DNA from: a virus
Taxonomy: Duplodnaviria > Caudoviricetes
Virus record (IMG/VR): IMGVR_UViG_3300024325_000007
Coordinates: 1-40,504 of that record
Length of the DNA stretch: 40,504 nucleotides
Reading direction: 5' to 3' (one strand)
The stretch's first letter is position 1, and each line of letters starts with the position of its first letter. Below the pieces are notes generated by a model that did not search any database, had not been told where the DNA came from, and saw only the letters and a list, made by a program, of their open reading frames with translations. Shown here piece by piece: positions 27,106 to 34,973 of this stretch. The position numbers and the translations under genes were made by a program.

Positions 27106-28385
27106 CGGATTTCCTCTGCTTTCCAGGTTGTCGGTAGTTCGATTCGGAATTGCGCGCGCAGGAACGCGAGCGCCACGTCACAGGTGCGGCCTCCGCGATT
27201 CTTGGCGATGATCGCGGTGATCGTCGATCCGTCGCGCTCCCCGTGGAGCAGGATCACGACATCGGCCTCGTTCTCGATTGCGCCGGATTCGCGCAGGTGC
27301 GCCAGCGTCGGGCGCTGCCCCTCGGCTTCGCGGTTGAGCTGCGCGAGCGCGATGATCGGGATGGAAAGCTCTTTCGAGAGCTGCTTGAGCGAGCGAAACA
27401 CCTCGGTCACTTCGAGCTGACGCTCCCCGGCCTTGAAGCCTTGCACGCGAACCTGCTGCGCGTAGTCGATGACGGCGAGTTCCAGCCCGTGCTTGCGCTT
27501 GTGGCGGCGCAAGATCGCGCGCACCTTGGCGAACGTGATGTAGTTCTCGGTGACGTAGCGCAGTCGCCCGTGCGCTCGAAGCTCTCGCGCAGCCACCTCC
27601 AGCTTCCCGAGGTCTTCCTCGGAAACGTTCTTGGACGAGACAAGTCCTCCGTCCAGCTCGCCGAACATGCAAAGCGTCCGGTCGCCGATCTCGTCCTCCG
27701 GCATCTCAAGCTCGACCAGCGTGGCCCGGTGCCCGTTCTTGGCGGCGTTCACCACGAGTTGCTGCCCGAACGCCGACTTTCCAAGGCTCGGCCTGCCCGC
27801 GATGACGTAGAGCTTCCCCGGCCTCAGCCCGTGGAGCACACGGTCCAGGTCCGAGAGCCCGGTACTGAGCCCTTCCTGCGTCTCGCGCTCGCGCTGGCGG
27901 GCTACGGCGTCCTGGAGCACATCTCCGGCGTCTCTGTCGCTGGTTGCGACGCTGCCTCTGTCAGCCAATGCCGTGAGGTCTGACGAGAGCTGGCCGAGGA
28001 AACCCTCCAGCGCGTCCTCGGTCGCTGGCGTCTCGCACAGGTCAGCTAATGCGGCCTGGAGGGCAGCGGTGAGGCGGCGCTTGACTGCGGCGGCGCGGAC
28101 GAGTCTTGCGTGGTGCCCGGCGTGGGCGCTGGAGACGACCGGGGCGGCGTACTCGAATGCGGCCTGCCCCCAGGCTGCGCGCTTGGCCGGATCGTTCGGG
28201 GCGAGGATCTGACTCAGGCTCGAAAGCGTCCAGGCGCGGCGCGCGTCGTCTTCCTGGCAGCACGCCTTGAACAGCTTGCGCGGCGCGTCCTCCTCGAAGT
28301 CGTCGGCCTCCACGAGCGGGCGCACGTCGCCGAGGCACTCCGGGAATTGGAGCACCGCGCCGATGAGGTCTGTTTCGGCGCTCAT
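27102..28385 (-). CDS. dnaB: Replicative DNA helicase DnaB
   Basis: TGLSDLD, IAGRPSLGKS (Walker A), LEM, IDYAQ, LKQLSKEL.IPIIALAQLNR, LRESGAIE.EADVVILL, AKNRGG. Confidence 0.95.
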   Translation of the reverse strand: MSAETDLIGAVLQFPECLGDVRPLVEADDFEEDAPRKLFKACCQEDDARRAWTLSSLSQILAPNDPAKRAAWGQAAFEYAAPVVSSAHAGHHARLVRAAAVKRRLTAALQAALADLCETPATEDALEGFLGQLSSDLTALADRGSVATSDRDAGDVLQDAVARQRERETQEGLSTGLSDLDRVLHGLRPGKLYVIAGRPSLGKSAFGQQLVVNAAKNGHRATLVELEMPEDEIGDRTLCMFGELDGGLVSSKNVSEEDLGKLEVAARELRAHGRLRYVTENYITFAKVRAILRRHKRKHGLELAVIDYAQQVRVQGFKAGERQLEVTEVFRSLKQLSKELSIPIIALAQLNREAEGQRPTLAHLRESGAIENEADVVILLHGERDGSTITAIIAKNRGGRTCDVALAFLRAQFRIELPTTWKAEEIR

Positions 28386-29320
28386 GCGCTCCTCCGCACG
28401 TCGTCAGCGGTCAGCCGGTACTTCGCCAAGCCGTCCTGTACGGCCTTCCAGGTCGCCTCGGCGCTCGTGTTGCCCTTTGGCGGTGGCCCCATCGCCAGGA
28501 CGCGGCGGGCTTCTTCTAGGAAGCCGGGAGGGGCGGTCGGGCCGCTTGAGAACAGGTCCGCCCTCGCCGCGATGCTGTCCCAGTGCTCTTCGAGGTACTT
28601 CGGCGTCAGGAACTTGCGCGCCTTGTCGTCGGCCAGGACAGCGCGCATCTTCGCCGCGATGGCTTCCGGCCCGAACACCTTGCCGACGCGCCCGAGCGCG
28701 ATGCTGCCGTGAGGCGGGAGCTTGGCTGGCTCGGTGCCGTAGTGTGCCCGGAGGGTGTCGTACCACGCCTGCTCATAGGCGTTGGGCGGTCTGGGGCCTC
28801 TGGCTTTCCTGGAGGACGGCTTGGCGTCAGCCGAGCCCTGTTCCGTAGGAACAGAGACATCCGATCCTGTCCTATCCGATCCTATCAGAGCTTGAGGCTC
28901 GCTTGAGCGACCCTTCAAGGGTTGCTTCAAGGGTTGCTTGAGCGACCCTTCAAGGCTCGCTTGAGCAAGCCTTCGGACGCGCTCCAAACCGCCTCTCTTG
29001 CCCGATTCGGCTGCCTTGAGGATGCGGCGGCTCGCTTCGGACAGGTGCTCGTGGAGAACCTTGTTGCGCAGGCGCGCGTCGGTTCCGATCTCGAAGCGAG
29101 GCTTCACCTTGGGCCAGCTCTCGTCAAAAGTGGCGGCGAAGCGCGACGGGAGAAGCCTCTTGAGCGCGACCGGATCGGCAGGCAGCGAGCCGCTCTGCCA
29201 CTGCCGCCCGAGGCACCACTGGTACAGCAGCGCCTCGGTGTCGGTCATGTCCGCGACGTGCTCTGAGCCCCAGAAGTCGTCGATGTAAAAAGGCATCCAG
29301 TCGGAGGCGGCGTGGCTCAC
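28382..29320 (-). CDS. Phage replication initiator (DUF1376/YdaU-like N-terminus)
   Basis: WMPFYIDDF.....MT..E..LY..L..QW.SGSLP.D...L pattern; directly upstream of dnaB; internal iteron-like repeats. Confidence 0.8.
   Translation of the reverse strand: MSHAASDWMPFYIDDFWGSEHVADMTDTEALLYQWCLGRQWQSGSLPADPVALKRLLPSRFAATFDESWPKVKPRFEIGTDARLRNKVLHEHLSEASRRILKAAESGKRGGLERVRRLAQASLEGSLKQPLKQPLKGRSSEPQALIGSDRTGSDVSVPTEQGSADAKPSSRKARGPRPPNAYEQAWYDTLRAHYGTEPAKLPPHGSIALGRVGKVFGPEAIAAKMRAVLADDKARKFLTPKYLEEHWDSIAARADLFSSGPTAPPGFLEEARRVLAMGPPPKGNTSAEATWKAVQDGLAKYRLTADDVRRSA
28890..28970. repeat. Iteron-like repeats (candidate replication origin) inside the initiator gene
   Basis: GCTTGAGCGACCCTTCAAGG at 28901-28920 and 28936-28955; CTTGAG/CTTCAAG units about every 11-12 bp. 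Confidence 0.65.
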
Positions 29321-29574
29321 GCGGCACCGCCTTTGACTCGGCGCGAGCGGGCGATTGCTCTCTCTCGCTCTCGGACGAGGTATGCCTGCCCCTTCGGGCT
29401 CTCCAGGAAGCGCAGCCTCGCGCGTATCCCCTTGGCTGATCTTGCGTAGCGACGCTGGGCCAGGGCGCGTCCTGAAACCTGGGTATTGCAGCCAGATGAG
29501 GCCGCGTTATTCTGCATTCGATCCATCGGAGCGAGTATCCGTTGGTGCCGACCTTGGCGGCTCGTGTCCCTCAC
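29317..29574 (-). CDS. Hypothetical basic protein
   Basis: Stop overlaps the initiator start (GTGA); Arg-rich; start uncertain. Confidence 0.45.
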   Translation of the reverse strand: MRDTSRQGRHQRILAPMDRMQNNAASSGCNTQVSGRALAQRRYARSAKGIRARLRFLESPKGQAYLVRERERAIARSRRVKGGAA

Positions 29575-29676
29575 CCGGACGCGGGCCGTCGCTCTTTCAG
29601 CGAGCGATGCTAGACGATGGCTACCGCAAAGCTCCGCGTCAAGGGCCTTCGCGCACGATCTCCAAAAACGGGTAGC

Positions 29677-30081
29677 TCACCCGCGCACTACCCGCACCTC
29701 GACTCCCGCCTTCCTCGCCTGCTCGACCATGTTCGCGGTGCCTTTTCCGCCGGGGAAGGCGATCACAAGTGCGGGCCGCATGAACTTGAGCATCCAGCCG
29801 TTGCGGATCGGGCCAGCGGCTCGCCCTCGGTCGCCCCAATTCGCGCGGAATCCGGCGCAGGGTATCCCGCGCTTCGCCGCCCAATTCGCCGCCGAGTCGT
29901 CAACCCCGCGCGCCTCACCCTGTACGATCAGCTCGGGCCTTGGGTCCAGCGCGTCCAGCGTGCGGTAGACGAGATGGTAGTGCGGGTCGAGGTGTGAGCC
30001 GCATACCAGGACCACGTAGGGCTCCTGCGCTCGCGTCCCTCGCACGCTGGCCGGATTCGTGCCGTTCTGGTCGTGGCTCAC
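29677..30081 (-). CDS. SLOG-family protein (DUF2493/YspA-like)
   Basis: VLVCGS, LIVQGEARGVD..A..WA, ANW...GRAAGPIRN.WML...P.LVIAFPGGKGTANMV.QA.KAG. Confidence 0.88.
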   Translation of the reverse strand: MSHDQNGTNPASVRGTRAQEPYVVLVCGSHLDPHYHLVYRTLDALDPRPELIVQGEARGVDDSAANWAAKRGIPCAGFRANWGDRGRAAGPIRNGWMLKFMRPALVIAFPGGKGTANMVEQARKAGVEVRVVRG

Positions 30082-30169
30082 GGTGCGGGCTCCTGCGCGT
30101 TCCTAGACGGCACCTCGCACATGCGCGGCAGTCCTGCGATCAGTTCCACGGCGCGCATGGCGTCGTAGG
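30078..30169 (-). pseudogene. Detached original 3' end of the YkgJ-like gene split by the IS
   Basis: Removing 30170-33611 plus one TSD copy restores ...KREAYDAMRAVELIAGLPRMCEVPSRNAQEPAP*, whose TGA overlaps the GTG at 30081. Confidence 0.85.
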
Positions 30170-30171
30170 GG

Positions 30172-31077
30172 TCATGGTGCACTTTGAACCACGGGCGGCT
30201 CAGTCCGCTTCGGCGAGGGCCGGTAGTCGCTGAGCCGTCCGCCCTTCTCGATCTCCGCGACTTCGATCATGTCCACTAGATCGAGGACGGTCAACGGGCG
30301 TTCGGCGAGTCCGACCGCAACGGCGGGAGTCGTCTTGAGCGCGGCGTGCTTCTTCACGAAGTTGTACGCGAGGAACTGGAGCGCGGTCGCCGCGACGTGG
30401 TTGCCGATGATCCGGCTCCAGCCGTTCGTGAGTCGCGTGTAGCGGCGCGTCTGCGTGCGGATCGTGAGATTGAGCCTCTCCGAGTAGCTCGTGGAGATCA
30501 GCTCGCCAGCAGGGGAGCCGATCTTGCGGCGCTTCGTGCATCCGACGCAGACAGGGGGCGAGTAGCGAGCTTCCGCTTTCGCTTCCGGCGCGTACTTCTT
30601 CACGACTTGCCCGTAGTCAACCTCGAAGCCGAACGAGCGACGCACGGCCTCGAAGTACGGCTTGAAGGCGTCGCTCGAAAGCTGGATGCGATGCACGAGG
30701 CGCGACTTCAAGTCGCCGATGAACTCCATCGCGTTCGCCTTGTTGCGGTCGCCGACGATGTAGGACACGACGAGCTTGGAGTCCGCGTCGATGGCAACCC
30801 AGCACCAAGCGTCGCCGTGCTTGTCCGACTCGCCAGCGAGCTTCGTGCGAGCCTTGCACCCGACGAAGCTCCACAGCTCGTCAACCTCGACGCGCACGGT
30901 CGGAAGCTGGCGCACGGTCGCGTCGTGGAACTCCAGCGCGAAAGCGCCAGCGTCGCGGAGCAAGCGGAGCACGGTCAGCTTCGAGACGTTGCACATGCGA
31001 GCGGTCGCGTTGACGCCCATTCCTTCGGTGAGGGCCGACAGGACCAGGGCGCGGGTTTCGCGGGGGAGCTTTCTCAT
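30172..31077 (-). CDS. IS1-family DDE transposase (single ORF)
   Basis: N-terminal HTH (EGMGVNATARMCNVSKLTVLR); VDELWSFV, W.WVAIDADSKL..SY.VG.R, LSSD, TSYSERLNLTIR...RRYTRLT, YNF, TPA. Its stop codon lies in the TIR. Confidence 0.92.
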   Translation of the reverse strand: MRKLPRETRALVLSALTEGMGVNATARMCNVSKLTVLRLLRDAGAFALEFHDATVRQLPTVRVEVDELWSFVGCKARTKLAGESDKHGDAWCWVAIDADSKLVVSYIVGDRNKANAMEFIGDLKSRLVHRIQLSSDAFKPYFEAVRRSFGFEVDYGQVVKKYAPEAKAEARYSPPVCVGCTKRRKIGSPAGELISTSYSERLNLTIRTQTRRYTRLTNGWSRIIGNHVAATALQFLAYNFVKKHAALKTTPAVAVGLAERPLTVLDLVDMIEVAEIEKGGRLSDYRPSPKRTEPPVVQSAP

Positions 31078-31083
31078 GCCACC

Positions 31084-31111
31084 AGTATGCTTGCCCGGGC
31101 AAGCAATGCAA
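31084..31111 (-). promoter_or_regulatory. Transposase promoter with an 18-bp palindromic operator
   Basis: - strand TTGCAT-16 nt-CATACT-6 nt-ATG; perfect palindrome TGCTTGCCCGGGCAAGCA at 31088-31105. Confidence 0.7.
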
Positions 31112-31142
31112 GCAGAAAGCTAGGGATTTTGAGCCTAATCGG

Positions 31143-31325
31143 CTATTTCCGAGCGACTGTCGCCTTGCCGTGGGACTCGCCATGCTCTGTGCATGGCTTG
31201 GCCTTGGACAGGCGCTTTACCAGCGTCTCCCAGCGCTGCCCCTTGCTCGCGCGGGTCAGCTCCACAAGCAGCGCGGCGCTACCGCGTCGCTTCTCGGTCC
31301 CTTGTGAGGCTCTCTGCCTGTTCAT
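31143..31325 (-). CDS. Small basic hypothetical protein (IS cargo)
   Basis: ATG 31325 overlaps the protease stop (ATGA); weak evidence otherwise. Confidence 0.35.
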   Translation of the reverse strand: MNRQRASQGTEKRRGSAALLVELTRASKGQRWETLVKRLSKAKPCTEHGESHGKATVARK

Positions 31326-32311
31326 GGCGTCTTCTTCTCCTCGAACCGGCCGATCCAAGTTCCGGCTGACATGTTGTCGCGCACGTTTCCTAGTAACCCT
31401 TCGATCTCCGCATCCCAGTCCACAACTTGCAGACCGATCCGCTGCGCCTCATCTAGGTCGATCAAGAATTCGTGGTCAGGGTAGCCTTCTGTCAGTTTGT
31501 CCGCGAGATGTTGAGCGTGTACCTCGCGGTCGCGCTCGGCATCGTCTCCAGAATGGAACTGGAGCAGATTGCGCGCATACTGCTTACCAACCGTCAGTTC
31601 GCGGTGCCGTGACGTGTAGTGGATCACGTCGATGTTCGCGAGCAACGGGCGTACGAACTCGGCCGCGAACTTGAGTGCATCCGGCAGGAGCCGCCCTACC
31701 TTCTTTCCGGTGCGGTCCACGGACAGCACCATGGCGGCATCGAGAGCCTCCGCAGCAACTGTCTGGAGTTGCTTGACGGCGTGCACTTCGTTCAGCGCAG
31801 AACTGAACTCTTCTCGATCAAGGTCTACCACCTGCGCGTCTAGCGGCCCAAGCTCTGCATAGCGAGACATCACGATCTCCCCAGCTCCGCAGCAGAAGAG
31901 CGTACCGGCGCTCTTACACCTCGAAAAAACCACAGCGGAGAAAGAGCCGCAATGCTGGTGAAGGATGCGCGCGGCCTGGTAGGCGCACTTGGCGAAGCCT
32001 CCATCAGTCTCGATCAATACAGCGATCGGAATGTCGGGCGCCAAGATCTTCGTGGAATTCAGCGCTGCGGCGACGACCGACTCGTCAAGCATGTCGTGCT
32101 GCTCGCTTCCCGAGCGCTGAATCAATAGCCACAACTGGCGGCCGAGCTTGGCTTGTAGCCCTTGCAGCGCTGCCGAAAGCCCCGGTGGAATGTCTTGTGT
32201 CGACACCTCACTTGCCGCAAATGTTTTAGGTGCCGCAAGTACCGTCGTCGTCGGCTTCAGCTCGACGACGCGCTCCATCTCCTCGCTGCGCATAGTTGTA
32301 GTGTCGGTCAT
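31322..32311 (-). CDS. ClpP-class SDH_sah-like serine protease (IS cargo)
   Basis: IETDGG, KSAGTLFCCGAGEIVM...ELGPLDAQ, YPDHEFLIDLDEAQRIGL: Ser/Asp/His pattern of the serine-dehydrogenase-protease family. Confidence 0.85.
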   Translation of the reverse strand: MTDTTTMRSEEMERVVELKPTTTVLAAPKTFAASEVSTQDIPPGLSAALQGLQAKLGRQLWLLIQRSGSEQHDMLDESVVAAALNSTKILAPDIPIAVLIETDGGFAKCAYQAARILHQHCGSFSAVVFSRCKSAGTLFCCGAGEIVMSRYAELGPLDAQVVDLDREEFSSALNEVHAVKQLQTVAAEALDAAMVLSVDRTGKKVGRLLPDALKFAAEFVRPLLANIDVIHYTSRHRELTVGKQYARNLLQFHSGDDAERDREVHAQHLADKLTEGYPDHEFLIDLDEAQRIGLQVVDWDAEIEGLLGNVRDNMSAGTWIGRFEEKKTP

Positions 32312-32652
32312 TTCGATTTTCCTTCCCTATTGAGCCTCGACCATCGCGCGGTCGCAGCCTGCTTTGCAATGTCCTTTCTTCGACTCGCGGAGAGGCTCGC
32401 GGCCCTTGCCTCACCGCCCTTGCTCGCGCCGCGCTTGCCCAGCTCTGATGCAGAGAGCCTCGCGCCAGCCTCTACGCCTACATCGAACGCGGCGCGGGCG
32501 AGCGTCTTTGTCCGCTCGTCGCATGAGTGGATGCGAGCCTTCCAGTCGTTCCATGCGGCCTCGATGGTCTCCGGCAGTTCGTCGGGCTTGCCCGTCGCCG
32601 CACGCACAACGCTGGCGGCGGCCTCGTTCGGATCGGTAGTGCGCTTCGCCAT
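32308..32652 (-). CDS. Small basic KGG-motif protein commonly linked to IS1/IS1595-type elements
   Basis: D.NE.A.SVV..ATG N-terminus and ELGKRGASKGGEARAASLS..RRKDIAKQAATARW C-terminus. Confidence 0.8.
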   Translation of the reverse strand: MAKRTTDPNEAAASVVRAATGKPDELPETIEAAWNDWKARIHSCDERTKTLARAAFDVGVEAGARLSASELGKRGASKGGEARAASLSASRRKDIAKQAATARWSRLNREGKSK

Positions 32653-32799
32653 GCGCGTATCCTAGCCCGCGCAAGCAGATGAGCAAAGCCCGCCGTTTAA
32701 CAGTCCGTGTAATTAGCCTGGTGTTAAGGTACAAGCCGAGCGTTGGGTGGCCGTGGGGGTCGCCCGTTCCGACATCACGTTTCAGACCTGGAGCATCGA

Positions 32800-32961
32800 A
32801 TGACCTGGAAGTCGCCTTGGAACTCGAAAATCATGAACGTCCACCACAACAACAACCAGTGCAAGACTGGCAACAACATCGAGAGTTACAACTTGCAGCA
32901 AGGCACGGGCGGGAAACCGCTCTGCAAGGAATGCGCTGACCTCAACAAGGCCGGGAAGTAG
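32800..32961 (+). CDS. Small Cys/His protein (HNNNQC.TGNNIE...GTGG.PLC..C type), IS cargo
   Basis: ATG 32800 after GGAG; 53 aa with H/C/C/C putative metal ligands. Confidence 0.65.
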   Translation: MTWKSPWNSKIMNVHHNNNQCKTGNNIESYNLQQGTGGKPLCKECADLNKAGK

Positions 32962-33259
32962 CGCCGAAGGTCAGTTCCCACCAAGGCCCCGTCGGCTCGC
33001 CGTCATTGACCGGCCAGACGCGGCGTAGTTCACGGACAGGCAGCCCCATCGAAAGCGCGCGCGACAACACTCGCAATCCTTCGGGGCGCTCGCCGTGAAA
33101 GCGGACGGTCGGCTCCGGGTACGCATGCCCGGGGCCACCCTCGCAAGACTCGAACGTCTCCGCGCCGGCCTCGTGGAGCGCGCGCACGATCTCACGGATA
33201 CCTGGATCCAGGTTCGGCGAGAGCACCTCGAAGGGGGCGGTGGCGGTGGCGGAAGTCAT
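32942..33259 (-). CDS. Conserved hypothetical protein (LDPGI...ETFESCEGG.GH.YPEPTVRF), IS cargo
   Basis: From ATG 33259; T.ESCEG motif. Confidence 0.65.
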   Translation of the reverse strand: MTSATATAPFEVLSPNLDPGIREIVRALHEAGAETFESCEGGPGHAYPEPTVRFHGERPEGLRVLSRALSMGLPVRELRRVWPVNDGEPTGPWWELTFGATSRPC

Positions 33260-33334
33260 GCGGTCGTGTGGAAATTTAACCATGCCGCGCGGCATCCAAG
33301 CAAGCGGCGTTCCGCCCCGCGCTACGCTGGCGGC

Positions 33335-33574
33335 ATGAGAACGCTCGCAGCCTTCGCGCTCGGCCTCCTGTTCGCGTCCTGCGATAGCTCGCCCGTCGGG
33401 CTCAAGGTCGGCGACGAGGTCACGGCCATCACTCTGGAGCGCGGGCAAGTGATCTACTTGAATGGCAGCTCGAGCATGCAAGTCAAGAGCATCGACGGCG
33501 ACATGGTCACGTTCTCAGCCGAGGGGCTGCCCGACAAGCGCGTCTACTTCGGCGACGTGGAGAAGTGGTGGTAG
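33335..33574 (+). CDS. Small putative lipoprotein (IS cargo)
   Basis: MRTLAAFALGLLFASC lipobox-type signal peptide; ends just inside the right TIR. Confidence 0.6.
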   Translation: MRTLAAFALGLLFASCDSSPVGLKVGDEVTAITLERGQVIYLNGSSSMQVKSIDGDMVTFSAEGLPDKRVYFGDVEKWW

Positions 33575-33918
33575 GCGTCGAGCCCCGTGCACATCAAAGT
33601 GCACCATGACCCGTCGTAGGCTTCGCGCTTGGAGAGCATCCGGTCGGGCTTGCAGCCGTGCGGACACTCAAGCCCTCCGGCAACCCCGAACAGGCGGCAG
33701 ATCAGCGGACGCGCGGCGTAGACCGAGCATCGGCCCTCAGCGGTCAGCATTGAACACTGGCCGTCAGGGCGAACGCTCAGAGGCTTTCCCGCGACTCGCT
33801 CCAGGCGCTCGATCTCGCCATCGGCCCCCGCAATCGGCCCGCAGGCTTCGTGGCAGAGGCCCTTGCAGGCGATCCGTGGCAGCGCCCGGTAGATCCGGTC
33901 GAGAGCTTGGGCGCTCAC
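33544..33918 (-). CDS. YkgJ/CxxCxxCC-like Fe-S/Zn cluster protein, 3' end replaced by IS sequence
   Basis: GTG 33918 is coupled to the upstream stop. ACKGLCHEACGP, QCSML...GRCSVYAARPLICRLFG, CPHGC. Reads through the TIR to a stop at 33544. Confidence 0.85.
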   Translation of the reverse strand: MSAQALDRIYRALPRIACKGLCHEACGPIAGADGEIERLERVAGKPLSVRPDGQCSMLTAEGRCSVYAARPLICRLFGVAGGLECPHGCKPDRMLSKREAYDGSWCTLMCTGLDAYHHFSTSPK

Positions 33919-34226
33919 TGGCGCTTCTCGGGCGTGGCTGGAATCAGGTGCGCCGGCCCGAAGTGGGGAATGGAGCGACAACGGGCAAGGAAGCGCGAGA
34001 AGCCGCTCGTCCCCTCTCCAACCTGCGGGCAGCGTCGGCGGTAGGCCATCCAGCGGTCGAAGTCGCGCGCGAAGTGGCCCCGGCGCGTGCGATGCGGGAG
34101 CCATACCGCGCACTTGAGCGGCGTGCGAGCCCAGGCATGGAACCGCTTGCGCTGCTTCCTGGTCATCGTGGCTTCGGCGTCCTCGAAAATCAGGATGTCG
34201 GCGCGCGGGCCGTTGAGGCTGCTCAT
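33915..34226 (-). CDS. Hypothetical protein
   Basis: ATGA/GTGA coupling on both sides. Confidence 0.45.
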   Translation of the reverse strand: MSSLNGPRADILIFEDAEATMTRKQRKRFHAWARTPLKCAVWLPHRTRRGHFARDFDRWMAYRRRCPQVGEGTSGFSRFLARCRSIPHFGPAHLIPATPEKRQ

Positions 34227-34414
34227 TGCCGCTTCTCCCGCTTCTCAGCCTCGGCCAGGATGCGACGCAAAGCCGCCGACCGCCCGCACCTCCACTCCAG
34301 CGTCATGCGCTGGATGAAGGCGTCGCCCTGCTTGTCCAGCGTGAACGTGCAGGGGAGCATGTTGGCGTACTTCGGCTTCGGGCGCGGGGGAGGGGTGGTG
34401 GTTTCGGGGGTCAT
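34223..34414 (-). CDS. Putative ribbon-helix-helix protein
   Basis: CTFTLDKQGDAFIQRM......RSAALRRIL fits an RHH pattern; SD GAGGAG. Confidence 0.5.
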   Translation of the reverse strand: MTPETTTPPPRPKPKYANMLPCTFTLDKQGDAFIQRMTLEWRCGRSAALRRILAEAEKREKRQ

Positions 34415-34578
34415 TTCAGTTTCTCCTCAAGGGCGCGCAGGCGAAGCTCTGTCGGGCCTGGGTCGTAGCTGTTCAGGATGCCGTGGACGAGTCCGTTGAT
34501 GATCGTCTGGATGATGCCCATGACCAGGATCGCGCCGATGACCCAGCCCTTCGTCGCCTTGTCGTCGGGGCTGCTCAC
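34411..34578 (-). CDS. Small single-TM protein
   Basis: GTG 34578 coupled; TM segment WVIGAILVMGIIQTIINGLV. Confidence 0.5.
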   Translation of the reverse strand: MSSPDDKATKGWVIGAILVMGIIQTIINGLVHGILNSYDPGPTELRLRALEEKLK

Positions 34579-34973
34579 GGCTTCGCTCCAGGGGCGCGAG
34601 CGGAGGGGGCGGGCTTGAGCGTGGCGTCCAGCAGCCCCAGCGCGTAGATGCACAGATCCAGTTCAGCGGCGGTCGCGGCCTTGCTCTCGGTGAAGAGAAG
34701 GGCTGCCTTCGCCATCTCGCTAGCCTTGCGACGCTTGACGCGCAGGTTGAGCCTCGCGGCGTCATCCTCCTGCGTTGGCGCGATGTGCGGGCCGTTGTAC
34801 CAGGAATCGCCGGACGTTCCCCAGCCATGCCCGGAGCTTGCGATCCAGTCGTGGCCCGCGCTGTCGGTGACCTTCCTGGCCGTGAGCGCCGCGACCGTGC
34901 GGATAGCCTTCGGCTCGCTGCGGTCCCAGACCGTGATCGAGTCGCCGACCTTGAGGGTTGACGGGAGCCTCAC
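34575..34973 (-). CDS. Hypothetical protein (SH3/beta-barrel-like N-terminus)
   Basis: LKVGDSITV pattern; coupled ORF. Confidence 0.5.
   Translation of the reverse strand: MRLPSTLKVGDSITVWDRSEPKAIRTVAALTARKVTDSAGHDWIASSGHGWGTSGDSWYNGPHIAPTQEDDAARLNLRVKRRKASEMAKAALLFTESKAATAAELDLCIYALGLLDATLKPAPSARAPGAKP

Larger units (their letters stand above)
30170..33611 (-). mobile_element. IS1-family cargo-carrying element, 3,442 bp
   Basis: Perfect 18-bp TIR GGTCATGGTGCACTTTGA (30170-30187; reverse complement at 33594-33611). 9-bp direct repeat CGTCGTAGG at 30161-30169 and 33612-33620. Encodes a DDE transposase. Confidence 0.95.

Noticed and set aside
22689-30098. Repeated GGGCTCCTGCGC near 22689, 30019 and 30087
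   Set aside because: On the - strand it contains the SD CAGGAG before start codons, so it is best explained as ribosome-binding context rather than a mobile or recombination repeat.
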